NCBI GenBank assembly: GCA_025594325.1
Contig: JANHCV010000009.1
Location: 1,364,001-1,428,000 of the forward strand
Length of the DNA stretch: 64,000 nucleotides
Origin: Blastocladiella emersonii ATCC 22665
Lineage: Eukaryota > Fungi > Blastocladiomycota
Direction: 5' to 3'
The position numbers and the translations under genes were made by a program. The notes under the pieces were generated by a model. It saw nothing but the letters and a program-made list of their open reading frames with translations, did not search any database and had not been told where the DNA came from. Every line of letters begins with the position of its first letter. Position 1 is the stretch's first letter. Shown in pieces: positions 23,139 through 34,007 of this stretch.

Positions 23139-24773
23139 ATGGGCCGCACACGTAACCCGCAGTCGCGCACCACCACCAGCGAGGCCGCCGCTCCGGCTGC
23201 CATCGCCGCGAAGCAGGAGCCCGTCCCCTCGTCCTCGCGCTCCAAGTCGCCGAAACCGAAACACCAACCCGCGCCCACCCCCATCGCCGCCGCCGCAGAC
23301 GCCCTCGACGAGGCCGCCGCCGCGACCGCGCGCGGGCGGCAGCAGTCCCGCTCCTCCTCTTCCACGTCGCGCCCGGCGTCCCCGGGGAAGAAGAACGCGA
23401 CCCGCGTGCCCTCGCCCAACCGCGGCGCTGCGCCCGCGAAGCAGGCCCCGCCGGCCGCGGAACCCGTCCGCCCGACCAAGCTCAAGGAGCCCGCGGATAT
23501 TGGGTTTGAGTCGGGCGCGTGGATGTTTGACGCCAACCGCGCGCCCGCCTGGCTCGCCGCGCAGCTCAACGCGGCGGGAGCGGGTGGGAAGAAGGCGGTG
23601 GCCGTGGTCAAGCAGCAGGCCGCTGTGCCCGCGCAGGAGAAGCAGCCGGTCCAGAATTCAGGCTCGCGCCCGGCGTCGCCATCGGCCAAGTCCGCGCCGA
23701 AGCAGCAGCCGCCCGCCAAGCAGTCGCAGCAGCAGGCCTCCGTGTCCGCGGTCAAGCAGCAGTCCGCGGCCGCCGCGAAACCGCACCCCGCTGCCGCCTC
23801 GACGGCGGCGCAGCCGGTCCGCCCGACCAAGCTCGCCGAGCCCGCGGATATCGGGTTCGACTCGGGCGCGTGGATGTTCGACACCACGCGGGCGCCGGGG
23901 TGGCTCGCTGCGCAGCTCGGCGCGGCCGCGGTCGGCAAGAAGGAGTCGGCCAAGCAGGCCGCGGTCGTCGCTGTCAAGTCGGTCGCCCTCCCCTCCGCGA
24001 CCGCGACCGCTGCCGGAGGCGAGGATAAGGCCACCGCGTGGATGCGCGACGCGTCCGTGAGCCCCGGCCGGTTCGCCGTCGCCCCTGTGCCTCGCACCGA
24101 GGCCGCCGCGGCTCCGGCCCCCGCCCTCAAGCAGCGCGCCGGGCCCAAGACCGTCGCCGAAGTCCTGGCGCACCACGCTGCCTCGCAGAAGACCGGGTCG
24201 CGCAACACGGTCGACGTCGACCGGTCCAAGTTCGGCCGCGTGCCGCTGTCGGCGCCCGCGCACCCGGCGGGCAAGTGGGCCGCGCTCGTGGCCGGCGGCG
24301 GGAGTGTCGGGCGCACGTCGATTTACGAGACGCAGCTGCCGCCCGCCGCGACGGTCGAGGCCGAGCCGGTTACAGAGCACGTCACCGCCGCGGCTGTCGA
24401 GTTCACGAAACCCTCCCTCCCGGGCCCGACGCGGGACCTCCCCTCGCTCGACATCGTGCGCGCGCTCGCGACGCTCGAGAAGCTCAAACGCCGCGCGGAC
24501 CCGAACTACGTGAGCCCGCTGCCGTCGCCGGTGCTCGAGACGTCGCCCGTGCGCAGCGAGCGCGCGCGCGTGCGGACGGCGATTGAGCAGCACACGGTCG
24601 ACGCGGGCGTGCAGCTCGCCGCGTCGCTCGGCATGGCGTTCCTCGTCGTGTTCCTCGCGGTCGTCGCGCGGTTCACCGTCGTTGGGATGCCGGCGATGCG
24701 CGGTGGTGGGGTCGAGCAGACGAAGCTGTTTGGCGGGCAGCTGGAGTACGGGTCGGTCGAGTTTGGTGGGTGA
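23139..24773 (+). CDS. Hypothetical Ala/Pro/Gln-rich protein with a duplicated 35-aa motif and a C-terminal transmembrane segment
   Basis: 544-aa ORF with host-like codon usage. Motif copies at 23463-23567 and 23814-23918. Hydrophobic LAASLGMAFLVVFLAVVARFTVVG near the C-terminus. Confidence 0.7.
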   Translation: MGRTRNPQSRTTTSEAAAPAAIAAKQEPVPSSSRSKSPKPKHQPAPTPIAAAADALDEAAAATARGRQQSRSSSSTSRPASPGKKNATRVPSPNRGAAPAKQAPPAAEPVRPTKLKEPADIGFESGAWMFDANRAPAWLAAQLNAAGAGGKKAVAVVKQQAAVPAQEKQPVQNSGSRPASPSAKSAPKQQPPAKQSQQQASVSAVKQQSAAAAKPHPAAASTAAQPVRPTKLAEPADIGFDSGAWMFDTTRAPGWLAAQLGAAAVGKKESAKQAAVVAVKSVALPSATATAAGGEDKATAWMRDASVSPGRFAVAPVPRTEAAAAPAPALKQRAGPKTVAEVLAHHAASQKTGSRNTVDVDRSKFGRVPLSAPAHPAGKWAALVAGGGSVGRTSIYETQLPPAATVEAEPVTEHVTAAAVEFTKPSLPGPTRDLPSLDIVRALATLEKLKRRADPNYVSPLPSPVLETSPVRSERARVRTAIEQHTVDAGVQLAASLGMAFLVVFLAVVARFTVVGMPAMRGGGVEQTKLFGGQLEYGSVEFGG

Positions 24774-24885
24774 GTGAGCAGTGGGGGTAGGGGTGGAAGG
24801 AGGCGTCTATATATCACCAATGGTCTGTCTAGCTGAGAGTCGAGGGATGGATGGCTGCGGGCAATGAGGGAGGAGGGGGAGGGCA

Positions 24886-26558
24886 TCAGTCTGAGCGGCG
24901 AGGACGGGTAAAGGCGCTCTACAGAAGGTCGCGAGCGAGGTCAGTCGACGGCCCGAGGAACGAGCACCAGACGAGCGTACCATGACAGTGCTGAGAACAC
25001 GGAACGGCCCAGCGCCGCGAGACGACGGGACCATGACCACCGGCTGCGCTGGCTCGGCTGCGTTCGTCGGTGTCGCCGCCCGTGACGCGGCCTTCTCGGA
25101 CGGCGTGCGCGAGCCGGGTGCCGACGCGCCCTGGAGCATCTCGAGCGGGACCTCGAGCGTCCACGGGTTGACGTCGAGGTTCGCGTCCGACGGGTAGTGC
25201 GCCCAGTCGGGCAGCTGTTTCGCGCGCTCCTTGGCGAGCTTGCGGTCGCGGTCGCGCACGAGCCACTCGAAGGTCGTCAGGTTGCCGCACACACGCAGGC
25301 GGACGTGGAACGCGACGAGCCACGACACGAGACACCCCGCGACCGCGAAGAAGGCGCCGAGGATACCCAGCAGAATCGCCGCGTTGAACGACCCGTGCCC
25401 GTTCGCCGCGGGCCCGACGAACGGGAACCCCGGCATCGCACTCGCGAGGTGCGGCGCCTGCGCGTGCAGGACGGCGAGGTGCACCGCGGCGAAGGCGCCG
25501 GCGTACAGCGTCGCGTTGCCGAGCGTGATGAGCGCGAAGAACGGGCGGTAGTTGCGCTGCGGGGACCCCGAGATGCAGCAGTTGAGGAACTGGCAGTGGT
25601 GGTCGAACTCGGCCACGCACACGTTGCACCGCCGGCAGTGCCGCGTCCGCGCGCCCACCACCACCTGGCACACGCGGCAGAAGTGGTCGTCCGCCATCAG
25701 CGGGCCGTACACGTCCAGCAGCGGCACGCGGTTCTCGAGCGGAGCCCGTGCGGCGGCAGAGTCCTCGACGTCCATGTGTCCGACGACCAGCGTCAGGAGC
25801 GCGCATGCCGCGATGCTCGGGAACATGAAGTACAGGACCAGCGGGCGCAGGTGCGGCTGGACCGCCGAGAAGTAGCCCGCGGGCAGCCGCGGCGGCGAGC
25901 TCGTTGGCGGTGACGCGGTGTCCGAGGACGGCGTCGGGGCTCTCTCCTCGGCTGCCGTCTCGACGACGACGGACTCGCGCGAGGCGAGCGACGACGACTG
26001 GGGCACGATTCGCGAGCTCGCCCACGTCGGCAGCGGGGCGAACCGCACGACGCTCCCCGGCTCGGACCCCGACCACAGGTTGCGCGCGGCAGCGGGGACC
26101 GGCCCGACGCCGACGGCGAACGAGGACGACGACGCCACCACGGCCTCGGGCGCCGCACCGAACAGCGGGGCAGCAGCACCGCTCGACAGCGGCAGCGCGG
26201 AGGCAATCGCAGCCCCCGCAGGAACGGCCGATACCGCCCACTCGTCGGGCGGGATGGCGGGCAGGACGAGCAGCGCGAGGGCGACCGTCGACACGATCAT
26301 GGCGAGCAGGTAGCCGAAGAAGTGCGGGTCGATGGGCGGCGCAAAGTTGGACCGCCGCCGCGGCACCGACTTGAGCCACAGCTTGTCGTGCACCGCCGCC
26401 GCGAGCTGCCGCCAGCACGCCGCGGGCCGCTGCGTCCACGGCACCCGCGGGGTAGTGGTGGCGGGTGGTGGCCGATCGACAAGGTCCCACTGCGACGACG
26501 CGGCGCTCCTCGAAGTGCCCGTGGTCGGATGCGGGTTCGGATTTGGTGGGCGCGTCAT
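24886..26558 (-). CDS. DHHC palmitoyltransferase
   Basis: Cys-rich domain HFCRVC...RHCRRCNVCVAEFDHHCQFLNCC, flanking TM helices and a TTFE motif. Probable final intron at 24980-24919. Confidence 0.9.
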
Positions 26559-27148
26559 TGCAGTGCGCAGAGTAGCGCTTGGTTGTTGCAGGAAGTGCGT
26601 GGTCGATTCGAGCAGTGCATGCAGGACGGCGAGGTCCTCTTCCCGGGCAGTCGGTCGGGGATGGGTTGGGTCGGGAGAGCGAGAGCGAGAGCACAGGGCC
26701 GCGCTTCTCCTTGATTGCAATCGCGATGTGGCACCGCCACCAAAGATGGAAGCGTTTCAACTCCCTGCTGCGACGGGTGAGGTCACGCCGCGGACGCGAG
26801 ACGCGTTTGGAGACGCGTCGCGCCGGAGGCAGGTGGGTGGTCGCCCGCCTGGGTCGCCGCCGCCGCGTCGCGCAGCATCGCGCGTGTCTCCTCCTCCCGC
26901 GTGCGCGGACATTGCACCCAGCGGATGGCGACGATGCCGTCGGGGATGACGAAGCACGCGCAATGTCTCCCGCGAACACGTCGGCCTTTGCGCTGAGCGC
27001 AGTCGCCGGTGGCCGGGGCAACTGCAGCAGGCCAATCCGTCGGCGTTTGGCCGGAACCCGGGCTTCACTCAGTTCCGCGAGTGTCCCTCGTGTTCTCGTC
27101 AGTGTCGTGAAAAGCAAAGTAGTGCGATACATTTCAGTAATCGGAAAA

Positions 27149-28263
27149 CTAGTGGCGGTACTTGACGTCCATGCGCAGGAACAGGAGCCGGCGGCCGGCG
27201 GTGCGCACGCCGCGGATCTCCATGTGCGGCGCCGTGTCGGCCGTGAACAGGTGCTTCCCGTCGCGCGTCGGGAAGAAGTGCGGCCGGCGTGCGCCCAAAC
27301 TCGAAATCCCGCCCGCCAGCTGCGCCGCGAGCGTCATGCGCATCTCGTCAATGAACTTGCCCACGACGAGCTGCTGGATCACGTCGCCGCCCGCGCCCAC
27401 GTCGACGTGACGCACCCCGCAGTTCCGCCACAGGTGCTCAAAGAGCGCAGCAAACGACACGCCGCCCGTCTCCGGGTCGTCGAGCGCGAGGCACGTCGGC
27501 GGGTTGTCCGCTTGCGCGAGCGCGGCGCGAGGGAGGGCCGCGAGCCCCGCGGTCGTCGTCACGACCAGGATCGGGTACTGCGAGTGCGTCGGGCGGTCCT
27601 TGGGCGGATGGAACACCGGGTGCTCGGCCGGGATCGCGCCCGTCCGCGTCAGGATCACCAGGCACGGCTGTGCGGGTTTGCCGAGGACCGTCTGGCGGTA
27701 CTCGATGAGGTCGTCGAAGCTATTCGGTGGCCGCGGTCAGTGGGGAGGGCGGGAGGTCGCAGTGGGAGGGGACCGTACAGGACGCGGATCTGCGCCTCGG
27801 GCTCGTTGCGCAGCTCGCTCGCCGTGATCAGGATCGCGTCCGAGTGGGCCCAGCTACACTCGGGGATGGTGAATGAGCGACGATCGAGAGGTAGGGTGGT
27901 AAGCAGCGTACCCAGCGTGCAGCATGCGAAAGTCGACGCTCGAGAGCTTCGGGTACCACGGCTTCATGGCGACGCCGCTACACGGTGGGAATCGTCAGCG
28001 CTGCGTCCACGGAAGAACAAACCAAGCGAAGCGCACAAGACGCCCGTGTCGCCGGGCTCGTGGTACGACAGGTACCCGTCGAGCGTGACGAGCGAGTTGC
28101 ACCAGACGTACGGCCGCGGGCGCGGGGCTTCGGCCGGCGGGGCGCAGTCGGAAGTGCCGTAGAAATCGGCGATCTCGCTCAGCGGCAGCATCGGGTCGTA
28201 GGTCAGCGGCGCCATACTCGGCGCGTCGCTCGCAGTGGTCGCATCCTTGCTAATGGCGCCCAT
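27149..28263 (-). CDS. RibD C-terminal (pyrimidine reductase/DHFR-like) domain protein
   Basis: Three short introns give RPYVWCNSLVTLDGYLS ... DFRMLHAGWAHSDAILITASELRNEP ... GAGGDVIQQL...IDEMRMTLAAQLAGG, matching the RibD_C motif order. Confidence 0.75.
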
Positions 28264-28523
28264 TTTGGGGGTTATTGCATCTAGTTGCGTGGTGCTTTAG
28301 GGGGTGGTGAGGGCGAGAGGAGGAGGGTCGGCGGGGAAGGCGAAAGCGGGGAGGTCGGCGACAGCGAACCGCACGTGGGTGGCGCATCGCGTCTCCAACC
28401 TACCTTCAGCGACCTCGCACGACATTCTTCAGGCGAGAGACGAAAACTGCGGGTTGTATTGATCACGAAACGGGCATGAAAGCAACGGTCAATGGGCCCC
28501 ATACTGGCGACCCTGAACTGCGC

Positions 28524-29656
28524 CTACTGGTGGGAGGTGGCGCTTGAGGAAAACTTGGTTGGAGCAAGCTTCACGGCGCGCACCCGCTTTGCGATCGAGG
28601 CGACGATGAGAGGCTCGAGAGCCGATACAAGCTCGGTACACTCGAGGTACTCGGCCAGGTCAAAGCAGTTGGTAAGCACGTCAAAGTCTTCGAGCGAGCT
28701 GAGCTGCACGCCCATGCGCGCAAGGGCCGACTTGACCGCGTCGGGCACTGTACTGGACTCGGACGGGACCCAGCGGGAGTATAAATGTGCGACGATGACC
28801 GCGAACGCCGCGAGATCCCAGGTCGGAAGCTTGATGGGCTCGTGGTTGGCGACGGACGCGACCCATTCGCGGCGAAACTTAGCCGAGAAGAAGGGTGACC
28901 GCACCGCGAGAATCGTGTGAGAAGCAAAGATGGCCGACGAGGCGCCGCTCGGCAGGAACGACACGCTGCAGATGTCTGGGTCGTGAATCGAGCCGAGAAG
29001 GGAAAGGTCGACGGCTGGTACCCCAGGACTCGCCGAGTCAGCAGTAGATTCATTCGACGAGCTCTTGACGTCGGACGCACTGGAGCACGTGGTCGCAGCT
29101 TGAGACGCCGTGTTCGTAGTTGACAGCGACGAGGCAGGCTTCCAAGCACGACTTGCCTTGGTGAAGCGAACCTTGACGGTCGAGTAATACTTGAACACCA
29201 TGTCCGGGTCGAACGACGGAACGAGTGCAATGTAGCACCCTGCAGTAGACCCGTTCCGAACGGCGAACGATGCTACACAGAACGACTTCTGCTCGACCTC
29301 GAGAACAGCATCGCAGAGCAGATCGCATGGAAGCCGATCCGTGTCAAAGCAAAGGGCCGCAGTCCACCCACCGCGATCCGCACAGGGAGCGAAGGCGAGA
29401 ACAAAGTCGCCCTGGCAAAACGTCGCTGGAATCTTGGTCACGCCGGTGCGAAAGCCCGAACCGCCACGCTCGCGAGTAATGATGTTGGTCTCATTCTCGG
29501 TAAACAAGAAGCCGACGCTCTTCTCCGTGCCCGAGGCCAGCGGGCCGGAAGTCTCGAAAACAACCTAGATGTCCCTGCGTCAGTTTTTGACGAGGGTCGC
29601 CACGTCCGCTTGGCCGTCGGACGTACGGGAAGTCCGAAAACAGTCGTTCTGTTCAT
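28524..29656 (-). CDS. BTB/POZ domain protein, tandem copy 1
   Basis: Exon 1 at 29656-29627, intron 29626-29565. BTB-like SVSFLP..AIFASHTILAVRSPFFSAKF..W..; DL..F..IV.HLY; FDLAEYLEC. Confidence 0.8.
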
Positions 29657-30053
29657 GGTGCTTCGTTAGGCTCAAACAATGTTGCATCGACAGTGAGGAG
29701 AGAGGGAGCCGTGGTAGCGTCAACGGGACGCTCTGATCGCCTGCGAATCTGGACACGGAGTGGACGCTACGCCGACGAGTGATGCGAGTGACGCATGTAA
29801 CCTGTATTACTGTTCGGCCATCGGCATTCTCGGCAACCTGGACGCATCCACACGGTGGTGATCAGTGGAGGTGATGCCTCACGATGCTCACACGGGTCGA
29901 CAAGGCTCGCTTGAGATGAGTCTCACGTGCGTGGCGCAGCGCATCTCGAACTGCAAGTGAGGGAGTAAACGAACAGGGGGAACGCATCGTCTTCACGAAG
30001 GGGATATGTACAGGATTTCAAACGAGCTCCGCTGCGGATACTTCACACGTCTC

Positions 30054-31180
30054 CTACTGGGACGCGACGCTCGGGGAAAACTTGGTGGGCGCGACCTTCA
30101 TGGCGCGAACCCGCTTCCCAATCGCAGCAACCATCATCGGCTCAAGCGCCGAGGCGAGCTCGATGCACTCGAGAAACTCGGCCAGGTCAAAGCAGTTGCT
30201 GAGCACGTCAAAGTCGTCGAACGAGCCGAGGTGGACGCCCATCCGCGCAAGGGCAGACTTGACCGCGTCGGGCACTGTACTGGACTCGGACGGGACCCAG
30301 CGGGAGTATAAATGTGCGACGATGACCGCGAACGCCGCGAGATCCCAGGTCGGAAGCTTGATGGGCTCGTGGTTGGCGACGGACGCGACCCATTCGCCGC
30401 GGAACTTGGCCGCGAAGAAGCGGGATCGCACCTCGAGAATCGTGTGAGAAGCAAAGATGGCCGACACGGCACCGTTGGGCAGGAAAGACACGCTGCAGAG
30501 GGCGGGGTCATCAATGGAGGCCAAAAAGAGAGGTCGATGGAGCCGTCGGTGCGAGAGCATGTGATCGAGCTAGGCGCTATGAGAGGAGAAGCAGCTTGAA
30601 CGGGAGCAAAAGACTGCGATTCGGACTCCAGTTCGGCACTGCACGATGAGAGGGCGATGGTCAACTTCGAGAAGCGAATCTTGAGCTTGGAGTAGTGCTT
30701 GAACACAATGTCGGGATCGAAGGAAGGCACATCTGCACGATGAACGCCGAGCTCGACGTTCTCGGCAAAGGTGAACAGCGACGTGGAAAACATGCTCTGG
30801 GCGCCCTCGAGGCTGATGTCGCAGCTCGTACTGCCCGCCATGACGCACCCCTCGAGGCAAAGTGCAACGGACCACGCCTCGGAGCCAGTCGTCTTGGGGA
30901 CAAAGGCCACAATAAAGTTGCCCTGGCCGACGACTCTCGGAAGCTTCGTCTCCACAATGCGGAAGCCCGCGCCGCCTCGAGCGAAGGTGTTGCTATGGTA
31001 CCGATCCTCGTTGTAGATCAGCACCGTGCTCGATGCAGTCGACGAACCCGGGTCCGGGACACCAAAGACAACCTACTCCGCGTGTCGCGCTCGCTCAGCA
31101 CGGCTGCCGCGTAGAGCACGGCTGTGTGCTGCGCAGCGTACGGGAAGGGCGGCCACGTCGATTTTCTTCATTGGATTCAT
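30054..31180 (-). pseudogene. BTB/POZ domain protein, tandem copy 2, with a 1-nt frameshift (pseudogene or sequencing error)
   Basis: Same intron position as copy 1 (LP|VVF). The frame breaks at the A5 run at 30523-30527; one extra base restores IDLSFLASIDDP. Confidence 0.72.
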
Positions 31181-32186
31181 GCTTGCGTCAAGTCGTCGAT
31201 GAGGTGCGACTTCAGCGCGAAAGAGCGTGGGAAGTGTACGACAAGCGAGTTCGACACCACTTAGACGCTGTCACGCCGGAGCGACAGTTCCCATGCGAGC
31301 GGACAACACGTGAAACGACCGAGTCAGCGATCCCCGCGTGTGTGGCGCAACGCGTCGGGTCTGCATTGAAAGAGACGCCGGAGCAGAGAAAGCATATATG
31401 ACATCTATAGAACATAGATACGGACGGACGCATGAGGAGGTTCCTGCGCTACACCTGCTGCGATACCGAACATCAAAGCGGTGCTTGACTTGGGCAGCTA
31501 AAAGGGTGCGGGTGGTTTGATTGATGTAACACGACTACGGTCACGCTGGCGGTTCTCCGCACGCGGTGGTCATCTGCACGTGTGGAGTCGCGAGGCAGGC
31601 GACACGGTCATAATGTCGTCCAACCACCGTGTGCGGGTTATCGGATGCAATCCCTCGAGCAACGTTAACAGCCGCACGACCCGCTGATATGCAATATAGC
31701 GTCACATGCGCTGGCCACTGCTCACGCGTCGTGGCGCGTCGTCCATTGCATTCAGGGCCGTGTGAGTCCCATGACCGCGCCTCGCCTCGCCGGCTCCGTG
31801 ATCCAGCCTCGCTGCTTGCCCGCGTGTGCGCCTCGAGGGCGTCGTTCGGCGTCGCTGATTCGCCCGCTTGCGAAGTGCGGTGGCGGAGATGTGGCTTGGG
31901 CGGCGCGCCCGCAATCTCCGCATCACGGCTAAGCCACCTCACGCGCGCTGCGCCACGCATTCTGGAAGCCCGCCCCGACCACATGAGCTCGCCCCGCGGA
32001 ATGAGCACTCGATTGCCTCGCTCGGCCCTCGTTCACGACCGACCGCTATAAAGACTGACGGGCTCCCCGCTCTCCCTTCGACCTGTTCACCATCAACCTC
32101 GGGGCTGGCTCCCAACTACTACTACTTCACAAACCAGCACCCCTCCCTCACTACCTACTCCCAAGAACGCATCAACAACCACCACC

Positions 32187-33734
32187 ATGTCATTCGCCAA
32201 GTCCCTGCTGCAGGGCCCGTCCTACGAGGACATTGTCGCCAAGGCCAAGACGAGCGCCATGAAGCGCACGCTGACGGGGCTCGACGTGACGCTCATCGGC
32301 GTCGGCGAGATCATCGGCGCCGGCATCTTCGTGATTACGGGCACGGCGGCGGCGCGGTTCGCGGGTCCGGCCATTGTGCTGTCGTTCATCATCTCGGGCG
32401 TGGCCTGCGCGTTCGCGGGCCTGTGCTACTCGGAGATGGCGGCCGCGATCCCGGCCTCGGGCTCGGCCTACTCGTTCGCGACGGTCGCCCTCGGCGAGGC
32501 GCTGGGCTTCACGGTCGGGTGGGACCTCATGCTCGAGTACCTCGTCGGCGCGGCCACGGTCGCCGTCGGGTGGTCGGCGTACCTCGTCAAGTTCCTCAAG
32601 GCGGCGTTCGGCGTCAAGCTGAGCACGGCGTACACGTCGGCGCCCATCGAGTTCTCCGAGGAGCGCGGCTTCTACATGGACGAGACGACGGGCATCATCA
32701 ACCTCCCCGCGGTCCTCGTCGTCATGTTCTGCACGGCGGCGCTGTGCTTTGGCGTCAAGCAGTCGGCGATTGTCAACCACCTGCTGGTCGCGACCAAGCT
32801 CGCGGTCATCATGCTCTTCATCTTCAGCAGCTTCGCGTACATCAAGGTCGAGAACTGGTCGCCGTTCATCCCGGGCCCCGACGCGGCGACGGGCCGCGAG
32901 TACGGCGTGTCGGGCATCCTGCGCGCGTCGACGCTCGTCTTCTTCGCGTACATTGGGTTCGACGCCGTGTCGACGACGGCGCAGGAGGTGAAGCGGCCGT
33001 CGCGCGACCTGCCCATCGGCATCCTCGGGTCGCTCAGCCTGTGCACGGTCATCTACATTGTCGTGTCGCTGTGCCTGACGGGCATCACCAACTACAAGAA
33101 CCTCGACTCGGCGGCGCCGCTGGCGGACGCGGTGACGGCGCTCGGCATGAACTGGCTGTCGATCCTCGTCTCGGTCGGCGGTCTCGCGGGGCTCACCTCA
33201 GTCATTCTCGTGTCCCTGCTGTCGCAGCCGCGCATCTTCTACTCGCTGGCGGTCGACGGCTTGCTGCCGCCCATGTTCGGCAAGATCCACCCCAAGTTCG
33301 GCACGCCCTTTGTCCAGACGCTCTTCTCGGGCGTGTTCTGCGCCGTCGCGGCCGCCTTCCTCCCGCTCGGCGTGCTCGGAGAGCTGACCAGCAGCGGCAC
33401 ACTGTTCTGTTTCGCCGCTGTTTGTATCTCGACGGCGGTCCTGCGGTTCAAGCGTCCCGACATTGAGCGGCCGTTCCGCATGCCGGGTGGCCCGCTCCTC
33501 ATCCCGGTCCTCGGCGCCGCCTCGTCGTTCGCGCTCATCATCTCCACGGGCTGGTCTTCGGTTCTCCGTCTCGGCATCTGGATGCTTGTCGGCCTGTGCG
33601 TCTACTTTGCCTACGGGTACCGCCACTCGGTGATGCGCACGGGCAAGGCCGTTGAGGGCCTGGCCTCGGCTGACAAGTTTGGCGGCGGCCACGACGCGAC
33701 GTACGAGAAGGTCGAGGAGAAGGCCGAGGCGTGA
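32187..33734 (+). CDS. APC-superfamily amino acid permease, cationic amino acid transporter (CAT/YfnA)-type
   Basis: GEIIGAGIFVITG, AGLCYSEMA, VFFAYIGFDAVSTTAQE and GELTSSGTLFCF. About 12-13 TM helices, intronless. Confidence 0.94.
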   Translation: MSFAKSLLQGPSYEDIVAKAKTSAMKRTLTGLDVTLIGVGEIIGAGIFVITGTAAARFAGPAIVLSFIISGVACAFAGLCYSEMAAAIPASGSAYSFATVALGEALGFTVGWDLMLEYLVGAATVAVGWSAYLVKFLKAAFGVKLSTAYTSAPIEFSEERGFYMDETTGIINLPAVLVVMFCTAALCFGVKQSAIVNHLLVATKLAVIMLFIFSSFAYIKVENWSPFIPGPDAATGREYGVSGILRASTLVFFAYIGFDAVSTTAQEVKRPSRDLPIGILGSLSLCTVIYIVVSLCLTGITNYKNLDSAAPLADAVTALGMNWLSILVSVGGLAGLTSVILVSLLSQPRIFYSLAVDGLLPPMFGKIHPKFGTPFVQTLFSGVFCAVAAAFLPLGVLGELTSSGTLFCFAAVCISTAVLRFKRPDIERPFRMPGGPLLIPVLGAASSFALIISTGWSSVLRLGIWMLVGLCVYFAYGYRHSVMRTGKAVEGLASADKFGGGHDATYEKVEEKAEA

Positions 33735-34007
33735 TCATGTCGTCTCTAAATATTGTACATACGAACCGTTGATAAATCTGATTTTCTGTTTCAGCCTGTC
33801 TCCCGGACACGTGAGTGGCGCAACGCGCCTTCCTTGCGCGTCTCTCGATCAAGTCCCGGACTGACAGGCTTGTGCGCTTGCGGTGTCAAACTGTCCCTTG
33901 TTTGGCCTGATTTTGTCGCTCCCCTGTTTTTTCTTTCCTCAAATTGATACAAATACGAGCGAAGCGGCCACCGCTCTCCCTCAAAATCAACCACCAAATC
34001 AAGTCAC

